DNA of 42,002 nucleotides from a virus (Duplodnaviria > Heunggongvirae > Uroviricota > Caudoviricetes): IMG/VR virus record IMGVR_UViG_2563366918_000005; one strand, written 5' to 3'. Numbering within the stretch: position 1 is the first letter of the stretch; every line of letters starts with the position of its first letter. Of this stretch, positions 1-8,208 are shown piece after piece. The position numbers were made by a program, and so were the translations under genes. The notes below the pieces were generated by a model. It did no database searches. It was not told the DNA's origin and worked only from the letters and a program-made list of their open reading frames with translations.

Positions 1-516
1 ATGAAATTTAAAAAATGTCTTCTGCCTGTGGCAACGTTAGCGTCATTCACTCTGGCAGGATGCCAGTCAAATGCTGATGATCATGCCGCCGATGTTTATC
101 AAACCGATCAACTGAATACCAAACAAGAAACTAAAACCGTTAATATTATTTCCATTCTTCCCGCAAAAGTTGCCGTAGACAACTCCCAAAATAAACGAAA
201 CGCACAAGCCTTCGGCGCGCTTATTGGTGCAGTCGCTGGCGGTGTTATTGGCCACAACGTCGGGTCTGGCAGCAATTCCGGAACGACGGCAGGTGCAGTT
301 GGCGGCGGAGCTGTTGGCGCGGCAGCGGGTTCTATGGTGAATGATAAAACCTTAGTGGAAGGTGTTTCTTTAACGTATAAGGAAGGCACCAAAGTGTATA
401 CCTCCACCCAGGTGGGTAAAGAGTGCCAGTTTACGACAGGTTTAGCCGTTGTTATTACCACGACGTATAACGAAACGCGTATTCAGCCAAATACGAAATG
501 TCCTGAAAAGAGCTAA
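1..516 (+). CDS. yfgH: Outer-membrane lipoprotein with glycine-zipper motif (YfgH-like), host gene
   Basis: Lipobox LAGC after signal peptide MKFKKCLLPVATLASFTLAGC. Gly-zipper GALIGAVAGGVIGHNVGSG. Size (171 aa) and the 179-aa neighbour match the E. coli yfgH-yfgI pair from memory. Confidence 0.55.
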   Translation: MKFKKCLLPVATLASFTLAGCQSNADDHAADVYQTDQLNTKQETKTVNIISILPAKVAVDNSQNKRNAQAFGALIGAVAGGVIGHNVGSGSNSGTTAGAVGGGAVGAAAGSMVNDKTLVEGVSLTYKEGTKVYTSTQVGKECQFTTGLAVVITTTYNETRIQPNTKCPEKS

Positions 517-531
517 TGATCAGGAGGAGTC

Positions 532-1071
532 ATGAAGAAAGTTTTTCTTTGCGCCATCTTAGCCTCCTTAAGCTATCCGGCTATCGCCTCATCATTGCAG
601 GATCAACTCTCTGCTGTCGCAGAAGCGGAACAGCAAGGTAAAAATGAAGAGCAAAGGCAGCATGACGAATGGATCGCGGAGCGCAACAGGGAAATCCAGC
701 AAGAGAAGCAACGTCGCGCAAACGCCCAGGCCGCCGCTAACAAAAGAGCGGCAACGGCAGCGGCAAATAAGAAAGCTCGTCAGGATAAACTGGATGCCGA
801 AGCCACTGCGGACAAAAAACGCGATCAAAGTTATGAAGATGAGCTACGCAGCTTAGAGATTCAGAAACAAAAACTGGCGCTGGCGAAAGAAGAAGCCCGC
901 GTTAAGCGCGAAAACGAATTTATCGATCAGGAACTGAAGCACAAAGCTGCGCAAACCGATGTGGTGCAATCTGAAGCTGACGCAAACAGGAATATGACTG
1001 AGGGCGGTCGCGATCTGATGAAAAGCGTGGGCAAAGCAGAAGAGAACAAATCGGACAGCTGGTTTAACTAA
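532..1071 (+). CDS. yfgI: Secreted Lys/Glu/Ala-rich protein (YfgI-like), host gene
   Basis: SD aggagg 7 nt upstream. Signal peptide MKKVFLCAILASLSYPAIA. 179 aa, low-complexity charged repeats. Followed by an intrinsic terminator. Confidence 0.5.
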   Translation: MKKVFLCAILASLSYPAIASSLQDQLSAVAEAEQQGKNEEQRQHDEWIAERNREIQQEKQRRANAQAAANKRAATAAANKKARQDKLDAEATADKKRDQSYEDELRSLEIQKQKLALAKEEARVKRENEFIDQELKHKAAQTDVVQSEADANRNMTEGGRDLMKSVGKAEENKSDSWFN

Positions 1072-1118
1072 GCGATGTCAGTAACTTCAAGCCTATGATT
1101 CGTGAGTATAATAAATAT

Positions 1119-1142
1119 CCTCCGGCATAGCCGGAGGTTTTT
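1119..1142 (+). terminator. Rho-independent terminator downstream of the yfgI-like gene
   Basis: cctccggc-ata-gccggagg hairpin (8-bp stem) followed by ttttt. Confidence 0.7.
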
Positions 1143-1149
1143 CAAATGC

Positions 1150-1860
1150 GCCTATAAGGCTCTCTTACCAGCCGCGCCCTAACAGGCGCACACGATCTGA
1201 CATTTGCATCCAACTTCGTTACTTACGGCCCGTAAACGGGCTGCCCGGATAGGGAATCGATAACTGCTCTCCCATTTTATCCTCTTCAAGCTGGTGCTTT
1301 ATGTAATCCTGTATCTTCGCCGTGTTCTTACCCACTGTATCGACGTAGTACCCTCTGCACCAGAACTCCCTGTTCCTGTATTTGAATTTCAAATCACCAA
1401 ACTGCTCGTAAAGCATCAGACTGCTTTTCCCTTTCAGATATCCCATAAACCCGGATACGCTCATTTTAGGCGGGATCTCCACAAGCATATGGATATGATC
1501 TGCACAGCATTCAGCTTCCAGAATCCGTACGCTTTTCCACTCACACAGCTTTCTCAAAATACTGCCTATTGCTCTACGCTTCTCTCTGTAGAACACCTGT
1601 CTTCGGTATTTTGGCGCAAAAACTATGTGATATTTACAGTTCCATCGGGTGTGCGCTAAGCTCTTTTCGTTCCCCATTGGGACCCCCTTTTGATTTCTTG
1701 TTTGACACTTGCAGTTGCCAGACCGCAAGGTGTTTTAACAAATCAAAAGGGGTTTTAATAACTGGCTCAAAGCTGAAAGCTTTCCGGAACCCCCAGCCTA
1801 GCTGGGGGTTTTCTGTGCACAAAAAACCCTCTGTAGTAACAGAGGGTTTTGTTCATTCAT
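1150..1860 (-). mobile_element. IS200 (IS200/IS605 family), approximate boundaries
   Basis: The tnpA ORF matches IS200 TnpA almost residue for residue from memory (HTRWNCKYHIVFAPKYRR...HIHMLVEIPPK). Two characteristic left-end hairpins are at 1786-1812 (aacccccagc-ctag-ctgggggtt) and 1822-1850. Ends are placed by the ~707-bp element length, not seen as repeats. Confidence 0.6.
1219..1677 (-). CDS. tnpA: IS200 transposase TnpA (HUH Y1 transposase)
   Basis: 152 aa starting MGNEKSLAHTRWNCKYHIVF. HxH motif HIHMLVEI. Catalytic Y near the C-terminus. Confidence 0.85.
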   Translation of the reverse strand: MGNEKSLAHTRWNCKYHIVFAPKYRRQVFYREKRRAIGSILRKLCEWKSVRILEAECCADHIHMLVEIPPKMSVSGFMGYLKGKSSLMLYEQFGDLKFKYRNREFWCRGYYVDTVGKNTAKIQDYIKHQLEEDKMGEQLSIPYPGSPFTGRK

Positions 1861-1999
1861 AGTGCAGGGTCAAATCATTCCCACTCAATTATTTACGGAT
1901 ACCATAACCAATTGAGTGATAACATTTTTCCAAATCTCAATTTTTACCGTACCGTTTTATATACCGTCACCGGAAATCAGTACCATGAAAAATGCCATG

Positions 2000-2482
2000 C
2001 TATCTGGTCAGGGTGTCGTACTGTTTTTCACAGACTCTTCCGGCTTCGGCTGCCCGGTCAGCATACTCTGCCAGTTGTCTGTTTCTCTCGAGAGATTTAC
2101 TGAGCACGTCGGCAAGCAAAACTCCGGTGTCTGCGGCTGACGTCCCAGCGCCGACAATGGCGTTATACTGCCTGAGCTGCTCACGGATGGCAACGAGCTG
2201 TTGCTGCAACCGGCCAGCGCGAGCGGCAGCATCAAGAGCATCATTGCGCGCCTGGTCGATCCTCTGCTGCGCTTCACGTTCATTGATCGATTTCTCCTGT
2301 TCGTAGTGCTGACGAACTCTCTCATCTTCGGTTTTGCGGTCTTCTTTCGCCTGTGCATACCCGGCGTCGTACTGACGACTACCGTGTACATTCCAGGCAA
2401 CAACCCCTGATATGACCAGAACAGCAAGCACCGCCACGATAAGCAACTGTTTCCAGTATGCTTTTACGAATGCCCAGATCAT
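2000..2482 (-). CDS. i-spanin (Rz-like), N-terminal TM plus coiled coil
   Basis: TM segment [18 protein letters not shown], then a charged coiled-coil region. Lies immediately 3' of the endolysin with the starts overlapping. Contains an embedded lipoprotein ORF. Confidence 0.7.
   Translation of the reverse strand: MIWAFVKAYWKQLLIVAVLAVLVISGVVAWNVHGSRQYDAGYAQAKEDRKTEDERVRQHYEQEKSINEREAQQRIDQARNDALDAAARAGRLQQQLVAIREQLRQYNAIVGAGTSAADTGVLLADVLSKSLERNRQLAEYADRAAEAGRVCEKQYDTLTR
2008..2244 (-). CDS. o-spanin (Rz1-like lipoprotein) embedded out of frame in the i-spanin gene
   Basis: Internal Met pair at 2244/2241, then [17 protein letters not shown], a lipobox with Cys. Pro-rich 78-aa product. Classic embedded Rz/Rz1 architecture. 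Confidence 0.6.
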   Translation of the reverse strand: MMLLMLPLALAGCSNSSLPSVSSSGSITPLSALGRQPQTPEFCLPTCSVNLSRETDNWQSMLTGQPKPEESVKNSTTP

Positions 2483-3108
2483 ACCGCCAGCACCTTACTG
2501 GCAGTGATGTACCGCGCTCTCCGGTCGTCGATGCCGTTCCTGCCACCATTGATAATCAAAGTTACACGTGCAATATCGCCGGTATACTTCATGCAACCTT
2601 TGCTGGAGAAGAACCACGCCGCGCTACGAGCCGCATATTCGTCCTGCGCTAACAGTTCAGGATTCTCCAGCAGGTCCACTTTCAGGCCGTTTCCGCAGTC
2701 ACGATAGTTATTCAAACCGGTAATCTGGATAAGTCCACGGCCTCGGTAATTCCAGCCGTCACCAGGGGAATTGTTCCCCATGCGTTTGCTGTACACCAGA
2801 TTGGCGATCGCTCGCTGGCGCTCGAGTGGCAATGGTGGTTCACCAGCACGGCGACCCAGTGCATTAGCCTGCCCCTGAGTGAGACGCCCAGCCCGAACGA
2901 AGTTAGCCAGACCGCTGACACTGTAGTTGAAATTCTCCTGCAATCTGGTGAAGCCCACAGATTCATGCCCGACCTGAGCAATAAACATTGCCAGATCTTC
3001 TGGTTTGCTGATACCAAACTCTTTCATCGCAGAAGTTATATGCGAGAACCAGCGTGCGGCCAGCGCCTCGCTAATACCAGCAGCTCGCTGGAATTGTTTA
3101 ATCTCCAT
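2479..3108 (-). CDS. Endolysin, glycoside hydrolase family 19 (chitinase-like lysozyme)
   Basis: [21 protein letters not shown]...QVGHESVGF...[13 protein letters not shown] is GH19 phage-endolysin-like. Start chosen at the internal Met (3108) rather than the ORF-track 3339, because the region upstream of 3108 is occupied by the holin-like gene. Confidence 0.75.
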   Translation of the reverse strand: MEIKQFQRAAGISEALAARWFSHITSAMKEFGISKPEDLAMFIAQVGHESVGFTRLQENFNYSVSGLANFVRAGRLTQGQANALGRRAGEPPLPLERQRAIANLVYSKRMGNNSPGDGWNYRGRGLIQITGLNNYRDCGNGLKVDLLENPELLAQDEYAARSAAWFFSSKGCMKYTGDIARVTLIINGGRNGIDDRRARYITASKVLAV

Positions 3109-3406
3109 GTTTAGACCTCGATATTTTGAAAATCTGAACAACGTTACCGCGTGTTTTAATAACCGCGGCAAGCATGACAGCGTTGATAATGACCTCAGAT
3201 AAATCCACAGCCATTGGCGTGCGTAACCAGATTGCATAGACGACACGAACAGGAATACTGGCCGCAGCAACAATAAGGAAATAAGCAAGCCACCCTCCCC
3301 ATCTTCGATGTTGAGAGCCGTTACGCCGGAATGTGACAACGCGAATTGCTATGCCAGTACAAATAACTGCATTGGTGATAAGCAAAAAAAACTCATGCGT
3401 TACCAT
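3098..3406 (-). CDS. Holin/antiholin-like small membrane protein
   Basis: 102 aa with ~3 hydrophobic helices. End overlaps the endolysin start. Confidence 0.45.
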   Translation of the reverse strand: MVTHEFFLLITNAVICTGIAIRVVTFRRNGSQHRRWGGWLAYFLIVAAASIPVRVVYAIWLRTPMAVDLSEVIINAVMLAAVIKTRGNVVQIFKISRSKHGD

Positions 3407-3809
3407 CGTCTTTTCTCCCCGGAATTAAATCGCGTGGATTGTCTGAACGGTGGTAGAGCCATATACCAATACGCACAGCGACAATTGCTGACACGAATGC
3501 GCCAGCAGAGAAAACAATACCTTTTTCAAAAGAGTCCTGCGTGATGGTAGGGATCAGGCTGGCTATGCCGATAAGAATTGATGCTGCTGGTTTGTAGAAA
3601 AGAAGTCCGCAGAGAAAGCTGAGCATCGACAAGAGTACGCGACGACGAATTGGATACTCTACCGCAGAGGTAACAAAAATTACCGCGCCAGCAAGAGCAC
3701 CGAGCGCCACCTCTGGCGGAACGCCTACGATAACCGCAGCAAGAGAGCTCACACTAAGCCATTGATTTAAAGACTCAGTTGTTATGTTAACCGACATAGC
3801 ACACACCAT
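3393..3809 (-). CDS. Holin-like membrane protein (start at 3809 or 3797)
   Basis: 3-4 TM segments (LAAVIVGVPPEVALGALAGAVIFV, LLSMLSFLCGLLFY, ILIGIASLIPTI, VFSAGAFVSAIVAVRIGIWLY). First gene of the lysis cassette. Confidence 0.45.
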   Translation of the reverse strand: MVCAMSVNITTESLNQWLSVSSLAAVIVGVPPEVALGALAGAVIFVTSAVEYPIRRRVLLSMLSFLCGLLFYKPAASILIGIASLIPTITQDSFEKGIVFSAGAFVSAIVAVRIGIWLYHRSDNPRDLIPGRKDDGNA

Positions 3810-3972
3810 TTTTTTTGTACATATCGAACCTCTTCACTTACAGATCACCACACACAACAAACCATATATGTTTAACCATCAGATATTCTGAAATAACTAT
3901 CAATTCATTGGTTTTTGATGACAATATTCATAAACAACCATAAATGTAAGGCGGTTTATTAGTTGCCAAAAT

Positions 3973-6579
3973 TTATTTCCTGCAAACTCCAGATGATGTT
4001 AATCCATCAAAAATAACCTGCACTCTGGCAATAACAACATCAACTCCAGAAGTCGTTTCACTTGCATAACCAAGTTTTATTTTAGATACAATATCCTGAG
4101 TAAGTTCAGATATTTCAGTTTCTGCAATGTTACCAGAGGCCATGTGATTATCGTATGCCATAGAATGAATTCCATTATTGACATCGATTGAACTAGTATG
4201 TTTGTGAAAAATAGATGGGTTTACCTGAAACGAATTTGAACCGATAAGATCAGAATATACTCCATTCATCACTGCAGTACAGCGTGGAATATTATTATCG
4301 GTTATTGTCATATGCAGACGGTTACCAGTTAACCCCTCACCAAGTGTGACATAATACGCCAATTCTCCACCTGCATATTGTTTCCCCTCAACAATAACAG
4401 TAATCCCTCTTAATTTCTGATTAGCTAGCAAAAACTTATTACTGTCTATATAGCATTTATTTGCGGAACCAAAAACAGCCCCTTCTAAAATATCTGATGA
4501 ATAGGAATAAATAAGGTCACCTGAAACAAAGGAAAGAATATCAGATACGTTTCCTTTTTTAGATAAGTTAGGAGAATAGCTATTAACTATTTCATATTGT
4601 CCTGTGATAAAATCAAGGTAAACGCCATCAGTTTTCATCTCTTTAAAGAAAATGCTATTAAAGCATCCATCAAGAACCGGTGGATATATTCTAGAGCTTG
4701 CATAAGCTGTTGGGTGATTCTTATTATTACCACTACCAGGCGAATAAACATCTTCGTTAGTCATTGACTTTTTAAGCTTAACAGGAATCATCGGCTGCAT
4801 ATCAATTTTGCAGTTCCCTGAACCACCGATGCGAGGATAAAATAAACCACCAAACCTTACAATATTACTACTGAATAGTATTTCGTTATCGTTAAGTGTT
4901 ATCTCAACGAAGTTTCCAATAAGTTTAAATTCAACTGAAAACAAACCAAGTGGAGCAGATAATTTAACAATATTGCGCATAAAAACACCTACAGTCCCTG
5001 TTGATGCAGTATAGTGTGTGGTTTCAAAGGCAGAGCCTGTATATTTCAAGTTAATGAAATTATTATGGTATGAAGACAATTGAAATTGAATCCCAGAACT
5101 AAGGATTTCAATATCTACAAATTGAATCCTTACGGAGTAAGCATATGATAAATCTTCATATTCATAAGGCAATGTAACATCTTTTGAAATAGTTGCCCTC
5201 ACATAATTACCAGAAACCACATCAATCCCATCACGTACAGCATTAAAGTAACGATTAAAATCAATAAGCCCAGCGCCAACATACTGCGCATATGACCGAG
5301 TCCATCCTGCCATTGCGTTTCGTCCATTCTGAGCTTCTAAACTGCTAAATTCAGAGTCACTTGTGGTACTTGATGGGAGGATATTTGTACAAAAAATAAT
5401 TTCAGGCATTGAAGTAATATCATTCAGTTCAGCCATCAATTTAAAAAAAGTTTTCTGCGGGAAGTTACCAACATCCCAACCATCTCCGTCATTCATGCCA
5501 AAAGCAATAATAACAACATCAGGGTTAATATCACGAATGTAATCAATCCAGCGTCTGTTCGTGTCTGAATACCATGGGTACTGTGAGTTATAAGAAGTAA
5601 TTGCTGGTGTATCTTTTCCAAGGTCATAGTACCTCATTCCACCAATTGCTCTGTTAAATAAAGTAGAACTTGGGAATTTCTCTTGCAAAACTCTCTTAAG
5701 ATGAGCGGCAAAAATGCTTGATCGATCCACTGTGCTTATATTATATGGGGCACTTAAGCTGTCACCAACTAACACTATTTTTGAGTTAGGCCTTGATAAT
5801 CTCTCAAGTGTTTTAGATGTGACTAAACTGCAGGAATTAATGAACTGAGTACTATTTAGCATCTGTTCAAGTGTATCACCAAATCTGGTACCAACGTATG
5901 ATGATCCGTTGACACTTGCTAGCTTAAGGCATAAATCAGCAGTATCTGTAATTGAAAAAATAGGAACAGGACGTCCTAAACTGTCATACCCCTGAATTGA
6001 GTTTGCCCTAGAAGATGCTGATGCCATTTCGCTTACTATCTCAGGGAAGCGGAGTGTTTTAGATATGTTGCTGTTAATAACTCCTTTGATAGATGAGTCT
6101 GTATATTTCTTCGTGGAAGCGTCCTGAGGAAATAATGGATCATCAAGGTTACGAATACGATTGCCGAGTGCATCGTAGTAAGTGGCACTAAATGATGGTT
6201 TACGAAGAGCCAGCCGAGCCATGCTTTTGACTAACTGGATCAGCATCGTTAGCTTATCAAAAGCATCCTCATGCACTTCCGCAAAGAACTTACCCTGATT
6301 GCGCAGATCAGTTTCCTGTGTAACCGGTAGCTCTCGTGATATAGAAATCTTATAGCCATTGGCCAACGCCTTCGACAATATTACATTTCCACCATTGTAT
6401 CCTCCGGCCCCGGTAACTATATAATCAGTATCAAGAGTCAGTACGGTGATATTTTCATGAATATCAACAACCTGCACAATCAAATCAGATTTATTGAAAA
6501 CCCTAAAGGCATACGGAAACGATGTCGTAACGCCGTTACCGGTGTATTCGTTGTGGTCAACTTCGGTTGAGACCGTCAT
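3973..6579 (-). CDS. Tailspike: epsilon15-type N-terminal particle-binding domain, divergent central part with SGNH/GDSL esterase motifs, AT-rich C-terminal domain
   Basis: N-terminus MTVSTEVDHNEYTGNGVTTSFPYAFRVF matches the epsilon15 gp20 tailspike N-terminus from memory. Internal VLVGDSLS (GDS block) and FGMNDGD (GxND block) are typical of SGNH hydrolases. GC content drops markedly after the first ~350 nt. Confidence 0.7.
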   Translation of the reverse strand: MTVSTEVDHNEYTGNGVTTSFPYAFRVFNKSDLIVQVVDIHENITVLTLDTDYIVTGAGGYNGGNVILSKALANGYKISISRELPVTQETDLRNQGKFFAEVHEDAFDKLTMLIQLVKSMARLALRKPSFSATYYDALGNRIRNLDDPLFPQDASTKKYTDSSIKGVINSNISKTLRFPEIVSEMASASSRANSIQGYDSLGRPVPIFSITDTADLCLKLASVNGSSYVGTRFGDTLEQMLNSTQFINSCSLVTSKTLERLSRPNSKIVLVGDSLSAPYNISTVDRSSIFAAHLKRVLQEKFPSSTLFNRAIGGMRYYDLGKDTPAITSYNSQYPWYSDTNRRWIDYIRDINPDVVIIAFGMNDGDGWDVGNFPQKTFFKLMAELNDITSMPEIIFCTNILPSSTTSDSEFSSLEAQNGRNAMAGWTRSYAQYVGAGLIDFNRYFNAVRDGIDVVSGNYVRATISKDVTLPYEYEDLSYAYSVRIQFVDIEILSSGIQFQLSSYHNNFINLKYTGSAFETTHYTASTGTVGVFMRNIVKLSAPLGLFSVEFKLIGNFVEITLNDNEILFSSNIVRFGGLFYPRIGGSGNCKIDMQPMIPVKLKKSMTNEDVYSPGSGNNKNHPTAYASSRIYPPVLDGCFNSIFFKEMKTDGVYLDFITGQYEIVNSYSPNLSKKGNVSDILSFVSGDLIYSYSSDILEGAVFGSANKCYIDSNKFLLANQKLRGITVIVEGKQYAGGELAYYVTLGEGLTGNRLHMTITDNNIPRCTAVMNGVYSDLIGSNSFQVNPSIFHKHTSSIDVNNGIHSMAYDNHMASGNIAETEISELTQDIVSKIKLGYASETTSGVDVVIARVQVIFDGLTSSGVCRK

Positions 6580-6683
6580 GTTAAATCTCCAGATAGTCGC
6601 AGCACCCGTTGCGCCGCATATCTGGTTATTCTATTACCTGAAAAACCATATATGTATAGAAAGACTATAAATACCAATAGATA

Positions 6684-6698
6684 TTACCTTTATGGTAA
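6684..6698. promoter_or_regulatory. Dispersed palindrome copy 1: TTACCTTTATGGTAA (perfect arms; extended ATTACC..GGTAAT)
   Basis: Divergent region between tailspike and the LexA-controlled genes. Confidence 0.6.
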
Positions 6699-6735
6699 TT
6701 TGCAAAACGTGCTGGATAGCAAACAAATTATTTGA

Positions 6736-6755
6736 TACTGTATAAATATACAGTT
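6736..6755. promoter_or_regulatory. LexA (SOS) box TACTGTATAAATATACAGTT overlapping the promoter of the 85-aa gene
   Basis: CTGT-N8-ACAG with an AT-rich centre, near-identical to the TACTGTATATATATACAGTA consensus. Sits 20-40 nt upstream of SD GGAG (6763) and ATG (6775). A TTGATA -35-like hexamer is at 6732. Confidence 0.75.
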
Positions 6756-6774
6756 ATTGCATGGAGAAGATAAG

Positions 6775-7032
6775 ATGCAGCGGTATCACTATCCACTGGA
6801 AGACGGATTTACCGAAAGGATTCACACGCCGGGAGGCGTCAGGTCACTGGTGGAGGGATCGCACTTGATGAAATTACTCCGGGATCTCGATAAGGATGGA
6901 TTTAATGTCGATGGCCCACTTGCCGAACTGACTGCACTGATTAACTACGTCACCAGCTCACAGATGTCTATGCGGGATCTGCAAACACATCTCGACTATT
7001 GTGCCGAACAATTACGAAAACAAACCAGATAA
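6775..7032 (+). CDS. Small protein (85 aa) paralogous to the C-terminal domain of the downstream Bro-N/antirepressor-like protein
   Basis: SD GGAG 8 nt upstream. IHTPGGVRSLVEGSHLMKLLRDLDKDGFNVDGPLAELTALINYV..RDLQTHLDY aligns with IHSPSGVLGLTENSLLMNLLNQLQEDGHDVSGAAAELTTMFCYI..RDIQTHAEY of 7347..8039. Confidence 0.6.
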   Translation: MQRYHYPLEDGFTERIHTPGGVRSLVEGSHLMKLLRDLDKDGFNVDGPLAELTALINYVTSSQMSMRDLQTHLDYCAEQLRKQTR

Positions 7033-7063
7033 GGTTTGCAATTACCAAGTGGAGTGCTTATAT

Positions 7064-7078
7064 TTACCTTTGAGGTAA
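7064..7078. promoter_or_regulatory. Dispersed palindrome copy 2: TTACCTTTGAGGTAA, nested in a larger inverted repeat GGAGTGC(7051-7057)/GCACTCC(7088-7094)
   Basis: Perfect arms. Confidence 0.6.
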
Positions 7079-7106
7079 ATTTACATCGCACTCCTCTTGT
7101 GCCATA

Positions 7107-7192
7107 GTAATCGGGCACTGGCAAAATCCAGTGCCGGGATTGGTCTCCCGGATTACTACAGAGGCACATATGCCGCATAAGCGGTTTTTTTT
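7107..7192 (+). terminator. Multi-hairpin structured element ending in a T-tract (attenuator/terminator between the 85-aa gene and the ant-like gene)
   Basis: Outer stem gtaatc(7107-12)/gattac(7151-56). Inner 8-bp hairpin ggcactgg-caaaat-ccagtgcc (7114-7135). Small hairpin ggga..tccc. Then ccgc-ataa-gcgg plus T8 (7172-7192). Confidence 0.45.
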
Positions 7193-7346
7193 ATGTGTAA
7201 AGCGCACCTATTCTATGGTGGGCTGTGTGGGGGCACCGAAAGGTGCGCCGGGTTCCTTTGTAGCCGGTAAGACCAACTCTGCACAGTTCACCACCATCTG
7301 ATTGGTCTCAGCGGTGGTGATTAACCTAACTACAAAGGTGATCGCC

Positions 7347-8039
7347 ATGAATACCAAACCTTCCATCTTTTCCTTTGAGTCATCCTGCCAGATCCGTATG
7401 TTCATGATTGACGGAGAACCTTGGTTTGTCACCAAAGATGTGTGCAATGCTTTGAATATTGATGTTACACAAGCGAGAAAACTTGATAAAAAAGGCTGGA
7501 ACAAAAAGGGGCTGTATTCAATACAGACCCCTGGTGGAATACAAGAACTATCCATCGTTTCAGAATCAGGTCTCTACATCCTTATTCTGCGTTGCAAAGA
7601 GGCAATGACTGAGGGAACGAGAGCATTCAGATTTCTTGAATGGGTTACAGGCGAGGTTCTTCCTCAGATCCGCCGCACCGGAAGTTACATTAAAAACTCG
7701 CTACCGCAGGAAGAACGCATAAAGATGGTTGCCGACCAGGTAGCCAACGCCACGGCGTCAGCAGTAATGCAGGCGATGAAGATAGAGAACAAAACCTACA
7801 ACGCCCCGCTGAAGCCCGGCTACCGCAGCCTGATTCATTCCCCGTCTGGTGTTCTCGGCCTGACGGAGAACTCACTGCTGATGAATCTGCTGAACCAGTT
7901 ACAGGAAGACGGGCACGACGTATCGGGCGCGGCGGCGGAGCTGACCACCATGTTCTGCTACATCGTCGGTGTGAGCAAATGCCTGCGTGATATCCAGACG
8001 CACGCGGAGTACATCAACGACAAAGCAGGGTTCTTCTGA
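7347..8039 (+). CDS. Bro-N domain antirepressor-like protein (Ant/KilA-N family)
   Basis: SD aaggtga upstream. N-terminus FSFESSCQIRMFMIDGEPWFVTKDVCNALNI is the Bro-N/AntA signature. Its position next to the tailspike mirrors P22 immI (ant). Confidence 0.65.
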   Translation: MNTKPSIFSFESSCQIRMFMIDGEPWFVTKDVCNALNIDVTQARKLDKKGWNKKGLYSIQTPGGIQELSIVSESGLYILILRCKEAMTEGTRAFRFLEWVTGEVLPQIRRTGSYIKNSLPQEERIKMVADQVANATASAVMQAMKIENKTYNAPLKPGYRSLIHSPSGVLGLTENSLLMNLLNQLQEDGHDVSGAAAELTTMFCYIVGVSKCLRDIQTHAEYINDKAGFF

Positions 8040-8104
8040 CGGGCGGCGGCACAGGGATGTGCCTTTAAATAATTCTGTACAGATTGCAGGTGAATAGCTT
8101 ACTA

Positions 8105-8119
8105 TTACCTCACGGGTGA
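8105..8119. promoter_or_regulatory. Dispersed palindrome copy 3: TTACCTCACGGGTGA (1 mismatch)
   Basis: Between ant-like gene and the 179-aa gene. Confidence 0.45.
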
Positions 8120-8156
8120 TCCATAGCGATTAGGCACCGATACAGGAGGAGCCCAC

Positions 8157-8189
8157 ATGAGAAAATTTGACGAGTACGAAGGCGTTTAA
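8157..8189 (+). other. 10-codon upstream ORF (MRKFDEYEGV) with strong SD AGGAGG
   Basis: aggagg at 8145-8150, ATG 8157, stop 8187-8189. Lies ~20 nt before an intrinsic terminator. Confidence 0.3.
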
Positions 8190-8208
8190 CATTCGGATAG
8201 TTTAATGA

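Noticed and set aside
2479-3339. Long 286-aa version of the endolysin ORF
   Set aside because: The N-terminal 77 residues overlap the holin-like gene in another frame and carry no lysozyme similarity. The internal Met at 3108 is used.
7208-7555. 115-aa minus-strand ORF antisense to the ant-like gene start
   Set aside because: It overlaps the SD and start of the Bro-N gene and the structured leader, and has no RBS, so it is likely a frame artefact.
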